Positions 1 through 6,731 of a stretch of DNA of 6,976 nt are shown here, piece by piece (the first letter of the stretch is position 1; every line of letters starts with the position of its first letter). Location of the stretch: contig NW_021829035.1 in assembly GCF_006345805.1 (NCBI RefSeq), forward strand, positions 1 through 6,976, read 5' to 3'. The DNA is from Octopus sinensis (taxonomy: Eukaryota). A model generated the notes under the pieces. It did no database searches. It saw nothing but the letters and a program-made list of their open reading frames with translations, and had not been told where the DNA came from. A program made the translations under genes and the position numbers.

Positions 1-167
1 TATAGATTATCATCTTTTTAAAGAGTCGACAAATTTTAGTCTTTAATGAGGACCAACGATATGCAAGTTTAGCTGACCTAAAAAAAAATATGTAAGGAAA
101 AAAAGACAACAATCTCAACGATAAAAAAAATACCTACTTTGTGTTTTATATACATTATTTATTTAGC

Positions 168-198
<31 letters not shown>

Positions 199-199
199 T
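168..199. repeat. (TTAT)8 tetranucleotide microsatellite
   Basis: Perfect TTAT run read directly, with a short partial run just upstream (about 155-165). Confidence 0.95.
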
Positions 200-278
200 C
201 TATGGTAGTTTTGAGATCAAAACAACGTAAAATTTCTTTATAATGGCATCGAAGTATTTTCGGGTCAGTGGGATCGTT

Positions 279-286
279 ATAATAAC

Positions 287-327
<41 letters not shown>

Positions 328-528
328 TGACAACAACAACAACAGCAACAACAACAATAATAATAATAACAACAACAACAACAATAATAATAATAATAAA
401 TAATAACAATAATAATAATAATAATATAATAATAAAATGACAATAATAATAATACAATAATAATATAACAACAACACCAACAACAACATAGCAACGACAA
501 CAATATAATAATAATAATAATGATGATG

Positions 529-577
<49 letters not shown>

Positions 578-594
578 TAATAATAATAATAATA

Positions 595-626
<32 letters not shown>

Positions 627-788
627 CAATAATTAATAATAACAATAATAATAATAACAATAATAATAATAATAACAATAATAATAATAATAATAATAAT
701 AATGACAATAATAATAATAACAATAATAATAATAACAACAACAACAACAACAATAGCAACGACAACAATAATAATAATAATAATGATG

Positions 789-856
<68 letters not shown>
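279..856. repeat. Long compound (AAT)n/(AAC)n microsatellite with (GAT) variants
   Basis: About 580 bp of AAT/AAC triplets. Source of the poly-I, poly-L, poly-Y and poly-N ORFs at 192-917. Confidence 0.97.
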
Positions 857-1009
857 CTATACTGTTGTAATTTTGTCAGTCGAATGTTTAAAGGGTTTCA
901 GATTTTATTTTTTTTAAAACTTTTTTTTGTTTTTTTCCCATATTTTAAAATTTTACATTTGGATATTCTATCCAAATCTATATTATCCATGGAACTTATG
1001 CCCTGACTT

Positions 1010-1341
1010 CTATATATCTGTATGTATGTGTATATACACCTGTGTGAATATCTACATCTATATGATTATATACCTTTGAGTGTCAGTGTGTGTGTGTATG
1101 CGTCTCTACACCTGTGTAGGTGTGTGTGTATATATATGTGTGTGCGCGTGTCCTAATGCATATACCTGTTCTGCTAATCCGGGATCATTAAGAAAGTAAG
1201 GTGGAAGAGAGCAATTTTAATTGATATATCATTAAAACAAGTGTATGTATACATAATACATGTATGTATATATACATATATATATATACATATATATACA
1301 CACACATAGATACATATATATGTGTGTGTGTGTGTGTGTAT
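1010..1341. repeat. Imperfect (TG)n/(TA)n/(CA)n dinucleotide tracts (about 1010-1150 and 1241-1341)
   Basis: Alternating purine-pyrimidine runs read directly, separated by about 90 bp of unique sequence. Confidence 0.9.
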
Positions 1342-1396
1342 AAAGGGAGGTTATCCTACACTAAGCCTAATTGCAACTGTCAAATTCCTTTCACTG

Positions 1397-1525
1397 TAAC
1401 TACCACCACTACCATCACCACCACCACAACCACCACCACCACGGTTACTTCTACTTCTACAACTACTACCCAACTCACTACTGCTTCTGATACTACTACA
1501 ACTACTACTGCTTCTGCTGTTGGGG

Positions 1526-1568
<43 letters not shown>

Positions 1569-1592
1569 CACCACCACCACTACTACTATCAC
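1397..1592. repeat. Compound (ACC)n/(ACT)n microsatellite
   Basis: ACC/ACT triplets with single-base variants. Source of the poly-T, poly-V and poly-S ORFs. Confidence 0.95.
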
Positions 1593-1650
1593 CAGCATAT
1601 TGAATGTAAAATCCCAAAACAAATAAAGCATTAAAGTTTAGGGAAGAAAG

Positions 1651-1730
1651 TGAGAGAGAGAGACAGAGAGAGAGACAGAGAGACAGTGAGAGAGAGAGAG
1701 AGAGCGAGAGAGAGAGAGAGAGTGAGAGAA
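1651..1730. repeat. (GA)n/(GACA) polypurine tract
   Basis: GA dinucleotide run with occasional GACA/GAGT variants. Confidence 0.95.
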
Positions 1731-1925
1731 AGGGGGTGGATTAAGAAGAGACGAAGATAGTAAGTGATGCTGGTGAATTAAGGGGTGAAAGAGTGAGGCT
1801 TGGAGATAAGGCTGCTGCTTGGCATCGGGTTTGAACCCACTTCAAACCGATACAGATAATTACCAATTAGCAATGTTAATATGTCATCTTAAGGATGTGT
1901 CCTTGTTTTGTAATGGTTGAGATTA

Positions 1926-2415
1926 GCGGTGATGGTGGTGGTGGTGGTGGTGGTGGTGGTGATGGTGGTGGTGGAGATGGTGGTGGTGATGGTGGTTGAT
2001 ATTGATGGTAGTGGTGATTTTGTTGTTCTTCTAGTTGTTGCTGTTGGCGGTGACGGTGGTAGTGTTGTAGTACTATTGCCTTGTAGTAGAGGTGACTGTA
2101 GAGAGTTGGTGGTAATAGAGTAGTGGTTAATGGTAAAGTAATGATAGTGTAACGGTAATAGTAGCGATAGCAGTAGTAGCAGCTGCAGCAATAGTACTGG
2201 TTGAGTATAGTAGTAGTAGTAGTAGTAGTTAGTAGTAGTAGTTGTTGTTGTTGTTGTTGTTGTTGTAGTAGTTGTAGTAATAGGAGGAGTAGTAGTAGTA
2301 GCTGTAGCAGTAATAATAGTAGCAGCAACAGCAGCAGCAGTAGTAGTAGGAGGAGTAGCAGCAGCAGTTGTGGTAGGAGTAGTAGTAGTACTTGCAGTAG
2401 TAGTAGTAGCAGCTG

Positions 2416-2446
<31 letters not shown>

Positions 2447-2448
2447 TA
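1926..2448. repeat. Compound (GGT)n/(GAT)n/(AGT)n/(GTT)n/(GCA)n microsatellite, partly degenerate
   Basis: Continuous triplet-periodic G+T-rich sequence ending in pure (TAG)n immediately before the mariner inverted repeat. Confidence 0.95.
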
Positions 2449-2792
2449 GTAGGTCGTCAATTATGAAATTTGTAGTAAAGTATATGGTAAACTTTGACAG
2501 CTGCTCATTTTGCGCCATTATTATATTTTGACAATCTTTATTTTTTGTTAGAAAGATGACACATCTATTTCTTTATTCTAACTCATTTTGTGTTTTATAA
2601 AGTATTTATAAATCGTTTTTTGCTATTTTTTGTTTAGAGATGGATAAGTCGGAAATTCATACATTTTTGAAATATGAGTTCTTTCTTGGAAATACAGCAT
2701 CACAGACAACTCGGAATATTAATGGAGTATCTCATTCTAATATTATTACACAGCAGACAGTATCTTTTCTACTAATTTCATACTTGACGACC

Positions 2793-2795
<3 letters not shown>
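2449..2795 (+). mobile_element. Non-autonomous mariner (Tc1/mariner, Hsmar1-like) internal-deletion derivative with both terminal inverted repeats
   Basis: Left TIR 2450-2480 TAGGTCGTCAATTATGAAATTTGTAGTAAAG versus reverse complement of 2764-2794 TAGGTCGTCAAGTATGAAATTAGTAGAAAAG: 28/31 identical. TA on both outer flanks (2447-2448 and 2796-2797); the exact TIR/TSD boundary is ambiguous by 3 nt because TA also occurs at 2450-2451 and 2793-2794. Contains a mariner transposase N-terminus. Confidence 0.92.
2640..2795 (+). pseudogene. Truncated mariner transposase (51 codons: 41 transposase-derived plus 10 read from the right TIR)
   Basis: Manual translation MDKSEIHTFLKYEFFLGNTASQTTRNINGVSHSNIITQQTVSFLLISYLTT*. 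Residues 1-41 align without gaps to the Hsmar1/SETMAR transposase start as I recall it (LDKKQIRAIFLFEFKMGRKAAETTRNINNAFGPGTANERTV), 15/41 identical including TTRNIN. Shorter than any ORF in the supplied track. Confidence 0.88.

Positions 2796-2836
<41 letters not shown>
2796..2836. repeat. (TAG)n microsatellite, continuation of the array left of the mariner element
   Basis: Pure TAG run starting at the element's right end. Confidence 0.95.
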
Positions 2837-2838
<2 letters not shown>

Positions 2839-3009
2839 TGCAGTTGTATCGAACCCTTTTCAACTGAGTTAGTGGTGGTGAAATGCAATGGTGTGGCTTG
2901 GGTGGATGCAGATAGGTTGTGGTGTCCTGTCGAGAGGAAAGTATATCCAGGGTGGGAGTGTATGTAGTGGTGGATGAGGGATGGCTGATGGTCAATGAAC
3001 TGTTGGAGC

Positions 3010-3156
3010 TGATGATGATGATATTGACGATGATTACGATGTTGGTGGTTGTGATGATTACGATGATGATTATGGGGATGATCATAATGATGACGATGGT
3101 GATGATGACCTCAATGACAATGACAATGGGAATGATGATGATGGTAATGATGATGA

Positions 3157-3190
<34 letters not shown>

Positions 3191-3192
3191 GG

Positions 3193-3247
<55 letters not shown>

Positions 3248-3464
3248 GATGATGGCGATGATGATGATGGCGATGATGATGATGAAGACGAAGGCTATGA
3301 TAATGCTAATAATGATGATGACGACGACGACGACGACGATGATGATGATGATGAGGATGATGATGATAATGATGATAATGGTGATGAGGATGGTGATGAT
3401 GATGATGATGATGGTGGTGATGGTGATGACGATGATGATGATGAAGACGAAGACGATGATGATG
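3010..3464. repeat. Long (GAT)n microsatellite with GGT/GAC/AAT/GGC variants
   Basis: About 450 bp in one unbroken triplet register. Source of the poly-M, poly-I, poly-H and poly-S ORFs. Confidence 0.97.
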
Positions 3465-3508
3465 GCATGGTCGAATTCCAATGACTGGAACAAGTAAAAG
3501 ATAAAAGA
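3465..3508 (+). mobile_element. Isolated 3' tail fragment of the same SINE family as 3806-4210
   Basis: GCATGGTCGAATTCCAATGACTGGAACAAGTAAAAGATAAAAGA aligns by eye to GCATGGCCGCAGTGGAATGACGGAAACTAAAAAAGAGTAAAAAGA starting at 4153. Confidence 0.62.
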
Positions 3509-3667
3509 CAACGATGCATTTGGTGTACGGTGCGTCCATGTTTTTGGATATGGTAAAATTGCTCTCGTCGCTGTTGTTCTTTATCTCCTTATTAGGCCTG
3601 ATTGTCTAGATATACGACCAAAGATATGGCAGCAAGAATTAGGGTATTATTCTGAAGACGTCTAGAC

Positions 3668-3760
3668 CACTGGTTCTCAACTTGGGTCCTTATGACTCCT
3701 GGAAGCTCATATAAGAATTTGGAGGGTTCTCCCAAGCAAAATACTAAACCGGGTATCTTA
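3668..3760 (+). mobile_element. Left end of a hAT (Charlie-like) non-autonomous DNA transposon; right boundary uncertain
   Basis: CACTGGTTCTCAAC matches the Charlie-type terminus CAGTGGTTCTCAA with one mismatch, and is preceded exactly by the 8-mer GTCTAGAC (3660-3667), fitting the NTCTAGAN target preference of Charlie elements. No right TIR found in the window. Confidence 0.62.
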
Positions 3761-3805
3761 ATTAGTATTTCAAATTTCCATGAAAATGTTTCCCTTTAAA
3801 TGTAT

Positions 3806-4210
3806 TGGTTCCGGTTTCAGTTCTATATTGGTGGCACCTTGGCCAGGTATATTCTGCTATAACCGCAGGCCGACCAAAGCCTTGAGCGGATTTGATAGAA
3901 ACTGAAAGAAGCCTGTCGGATATATTTATTTGTATGTATCTATGCATATATATATGTGTGTGCGTGTGTGTGTGAGTGTGTGTATGTCTTTGTGTCTGTC
4001 CCTCTATTACCACTTGACCACCGGTGTTGGTGTGTTTACGTCCCGTAACTTAGCGGTTCGGCAGAAGAGAACCGATAGAATAAGTATTTGGCTTTAAAAA
4101 ATAAGTCCTCGGGTCGATTTGTTTGGCTAAAACCCTTAAAGGCAGTGCTCCAGCATGGCCGCAGTGGAATGACGGAAACTAAAAAAGAGTAAAAAGAGTA
4201 AAAAGAGTAA
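3806..4210 (+). mobile_element. 5'-truncated CORE-type tRNA-derived SINE (octopus-type) with internal (TA)/(TG) tract
   Basis: Begins at a B-box-like remnant (GGTTCCGGTTTCAGTTC), then CORE-like GTGGCACCTTGGCCAGG, internal dinucleotide tract about 3918-3990, body GGTGTGTTTACGTCCCGTAACTTAGCGGTTCGGC...CCGATAGAATAAG..., GTGCTCCAGCATGGCCGCAG, and a repeated tail (TAAAAAGAG)x3 at 4180-4210. I recognise it as an abundant octopus repeat; no A box and no target site duplication visible. Confidence 0.82.
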
Positions 4211-4342
4211 CCGTTGATTTATACCAAAATGGCCAGAAATGAGAAGTGTTTTTTTTTTCCTTCCATTTTTCCATTTAACTTAACGCGTGTGATTTGGAGT
4301 AGTTTGACTGCTATTTCTAACAGGCTGAGAGACTACTATGAG

Positions 4343-4500
4343 TAGGCATGGCCAACCTTTTCTTTTTTGCTAGAAGCTGGCCACATGAGACGTTACTCAT
4401 CATCATCAAGTCGGCCGCATTACTAAAACAAACGGGAAAAAAAATCAAGGTAATTTTTCGTTAGGCGTGCCATCGAGAACGTCCCGCGGACCGCAGTGGT
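4343..4500 (+). mobile_element. Short hAT-like MITE remnant
   Basis: Left end TAGGCATGGCCAACCTTTT resembles hAT termini of the CAGG...GGCCAACCT type; subterminal GGCCACA (4379), CGGCCGCA (4412) and CGCGGACCGCAG (4485) motifs are typical of hAT MITEs. Right TIR not intact. Confidence 0.48.
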
Positions 4501-4603
4501 GTTGTTGTTGTTGGTGGTGGTGATGGTGTTGGTGTTGGTGGTGGTGGTGTTGTTGGTGGTGGTGGTGTTGGTGGTGGTGGTGGTGGTGGTGCTGCTGCTG
4601 CTG
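4496..4603. repeat. (GGT)n/(GTT)n/(GCT)n compound microsatellite
   Basis: Read directly. Confidence 0.95.
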
Positions 4604-4691
4604 CGCTTCAAAGTGAGTATAATTGTGCTGATGATGGCGTGCTCAAGAGTGTGGCCGAAGAGAGGTATGGCCTACAATAATGAATGTGGTA

Positions 4692-4723
<32 letters not shown>

Positions 4724-4851
4724 TAGTAGTAGTAGTGGTGGTGATGGTGGTGGTGTTGATGATAGTGGTGGCATTGTTGTTGTTGGTAGTGATGGTGATG
4801 GTACTGCTGGCGATGGTACTGCTGCTAGTGTTGGTGGTGGTGATGGTGGTA

Positions 4852-4904
<53 letters not shown>

Positions 4905-5034
4905 GGTGGTGGTGGTGGTGGTGGTGGTTGGTGTTGGTGTTGGTGGTGTTGATGATAGTGATGGCATTGTTGTTGTTGGTAGTGATGGTGATGGTACTGC
5001 TGGTGTAGGTGTAGGTGGTGGTGGTGGTAGTAGT
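4692..5034. repeat. (AGT)n/(GGT)n compound array containing a duplicated 63-bp core
   Basis: 4748-4810 and 4941-5003 are identical at 62/63 positions, each preceded by (AGT)n then (GGT)n. Confidence 0.93.
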
Positions 5035-5179
5035 GGCAGATACAGAACGATGTGCAGTAGTTAAAATGGAAGTATTGGATGAAGCCCGGTTGATGAAGGA
5101 TGGGATATTGGTAACAGCAAAAGGATCGATAATGATCGAACACTGGAATGATTGGATTTCTTTCATCTTCCTCTTGTTC

Positions 5180-5626
5180 TTCATGTTGTTGTTGCTGTTG
5201 TTATTAGTGGTAGTGGTACAATTGTGGATGAGGTAGTAGTGGTAGTGGTGGAAATGAAGGCGACAGACGTGGTTCCCAGTATTGTAGTGGTGCAGGTTAC
5301 AGTTGTTTAGGTAGTAGCAATTGTAGTTGTTACGTCCATAGTTGTTGTAGTGGTGCTTGTAGACTTGGCGATTGGTGTGGTATAGGTTGTAGTTGGTATT
5401 GTAGTAGTTGTTCTGGTTGCTATGGTGATAAGTTGGGGACGGTTATATTAATGGTCGTGTTATAAGCTGCGCTGGTTGCATCCGGTGTTTTAACAGTTGG
5501 TGTGACCGTTGCGGTAATAGTTGTGGTTGTCATAGTAACGGTGATTGATGTGACTGGTATTGTTGCACATGTGGTGGTTGTAGTGGTCATAGTTATGGAC
5601 TTTATAGTATTAGAGATTGTTGTGAT
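5180..5626. repeat. Highly degenerate triplet-periodic (NGT) low-complexity tract
   Basis: Minus strand is dominated by ACN triplets with many substitutions, one register shift and one in-register TAA. Confidence 0.75.
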
Positions 5627-5663
<37 letters not shown>

Positions 5664-5806
5664 GTTAGTAGTAGTAGTAGTAGTAGTAGTCGTAGTGGGG
5701 GTGGGGATGGGGGTGGAAGAAGGTGAAGAAGAAGATGAAGAAGTGTAGTAGTAGTAGTAGTAGTAGTAGTGTAGTAGTAGTAGTAGTAGTAGTAGCAGCA
5801 GCAGCA
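5627..5806. repeat. (AGT)n array interrupted by a G-run/(GAA)n insert at 5697-5752
   Basis: Read directly. Confidence 0.93.
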
Positions 5807-5892
5807 GTGAGGGTGGTATCATCGTTGGTCTGAATTGCTTGTTTCATGTATAATGTTGTTGATAATTATGCAGACGATGATGATTATGTTGA

Positions 5893-5956
5893 AAATAACA
5901 ATTACAACAACAACAGCAGCAGCAGTAGCAGCAACAACAACGACAACAACAATAAC

Positions 5957-5993
<37 letters not shown>

Positions 5994-6014
5994 CAATAAT
6001 AATAATAATAATAA
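5893..6014. repeat. (AAC)n/(AGC)n/(AAT)n compound microsatellite
   Basis: Read directly; ends in pure (AAT)n abutting the element at 6016. Confidence 0.95.
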
Positions 6015-6015
6015 A

Positions 6016-6570
6016 TGCCCTGATGCAGTACCAGGCAGTGGCTCTCATGGCTTCTGATCTTAACTGATTGGAAGTGTTATCCTGTACATTGTTTTGTCTT
6101 GGTATAAAAGATGGGCTAAAGCAAATATTCTGCTCAATACCACAGATTTGCTTGTCAGTTGTTTGACCTTAACCAGTTGAGCATGTCCCTCAGTGGCTAA
6201 CGATTTGTGCATCTCTGATCACGAGCAGAAGTAGTGGGGGAGCATCATAGCCATGTGTTGAGAGGGATTCTTTGGGGTTTGAATAATTCACCTCTGGAAA
6301 CATGGGTGGTTCTTTCAACATCCTTAAACAACCCTTATTCAGGGACCTTTTGAGCGGGATGGGCTACTCAACCTGAAGAAAATTCTAACTGGGCCCCACC
6401 TGCAAGGTCATGTGCTGTTTATCTTGATATGAGATCACCATGTCGCGCACATATGGTTGTGATGCATGTGCCTAGTGTACCCTTATCAGACGGGTAGTCA
6501 TCATGGGTATATTGGGCTTCGTATATTTTACCCCAGTGTCACTTTGATGGCATGAACTGCTCTCTCACTC
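6016..6570 (+). mobile_element. About 555-bp interspersed element embedded in (AAT)n; class unresolved (probably retroposed)
   Basis: High-complexity island with (AAT)n on both sides, no terminal inverted repeat, no obvious Pol III A/B boxes and no ORF within it in the supplied track. I recognise the sequence as a frequent octopus repeat. Strand inferred from the A-rich (AAT)n 3' flank. Confidence 0.65.
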
Positions 6571-6597
6571 AATAATAATAATAATAATAATAATAAT
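6571..6597. repeat. (AAT)9 microsatellite
   Basis: Perfect run between the 555-bp element and the LINE fragment. Confidence 0.97.
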
Positions 6598-6601
6598 GGA
6601 A

Positions 6602-6731
6602 GTCTTAATTGAGAAGCCTTAATTGAGAAAGAAAACAAACTATGCTGGATCATAGACATCACATACCCAGCTGACAACAAGGCATGCGATAAGGAAAAAA
6701 AGTCGAAAAATATGACAGGTTAGCTTGGGAA
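6602..6731 (+). pseudogene. Fragment of the restriction-like endonuclease (PD-(D/E)xK) domain of an R4/Dong-type non-LTR retrotransposon
   Basis: 6619-6699 reads LIEKENKLCWIIDITYPADNKACDKEK; after a frameshift in the A7 run (6695-6701), 6702-6731 reads VEKYDRLAWE. This fits the R4/Dong pattern PD-I-V-x8-C-x-I-I-D-x-x-x-P-x-D...K-x-x-K-Y-x-x-L-x-x-E, with the PD itself lost upstream. Confidence 0.75.

Noticed and set aside
1-276. Faint resemblance to a second octopus SINE family (GTCGAC-containing segment near 10-45 and minus-strand 200-276)
   Set aside because: Too diverged to align convincingly by eye; needs an nhmmer or RepeatMasker search.
192-917. Five ORFs of poly-I/L/Y/N/T
   Set aside because: Pure translations of the (AAT/AAC)n array in overlapping frames on both strands; no domain.
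957-977. 9-bp stem hairpin ATTTGGATA-TTC-TATCCAAAT, and a near-palindrome at 1215-1237
   Set aside because: Short and AT-rich; expected by chance at this composition and not linked to any other feature.
1264-1631. ORFs of 120, 88 and 83 aa
   Set aside because: Built from (TA/CA/TG)n plus (ACC/ACT)n; they overlap on both strands.
1889-2518. 209-aa minus-strand mucin-like ORF with an apparently unique N-terminus (MAQNEQLSKF...)
   Set aside because: The N-terminus is the antisense of the mariner left end and TIR; the rest is microsatellite.
2792-3539. Poly-I (239 aa), poly-M (192 aa), poly-S and poly-H ORFs
   Set aside because: Frames of (GAT)n; the non-repetitive N-termini of the minus-strand ORFs come from the antisense SINE tail at 3465-3508 and its flank.
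3514-3609. 31-codon hydrophobic ORF MHLVYGASMFLDMVKLLSSLLFFISLLGLIV*, signal-peptide-like
   Set aside because: Very short, T-rich sequence naturally yields hydrophobic codons, and there is no splice or promoter support.
3762-4013. 83-aa minus-strand ORF
   Set aside because: Antisense reading of the SINE and its (CA)n tract.
4306-4347. Possible 18-nt micro-exon (TTTCTAACAG acceptor, GTAGGC donor)
   Set aside because: Such motifs occur by chance; the donor overlaps the hAT-like terminus; no transcript evidence.
4610-4695. Two consensus splice donors (GTGAGT at 4613, GTAAGT at 4689)
   Set aside because: No credible acceptor or coding exon upstream; any exon would be microsatellite.
4423-5236. 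Cluster of overlapping T/P/S/G/V-rich ORFs
   Set aside because: All explained by (AGT/GGT)n arrays and their degenerate flanks.
5697-5716. G5-G4-G5-G2 run, possible G-quadruplex
   Set aside because: The fourth tract has only two G; it sits inside a microsatellite with no functional context.
6372-6381. CTGAAGA hammerhead core-like motif in the 555-bp element
   Set aside because: No stem II followed by GAAA downstream; the other CTGA sites on both strands also fail the hammerhead consensus.
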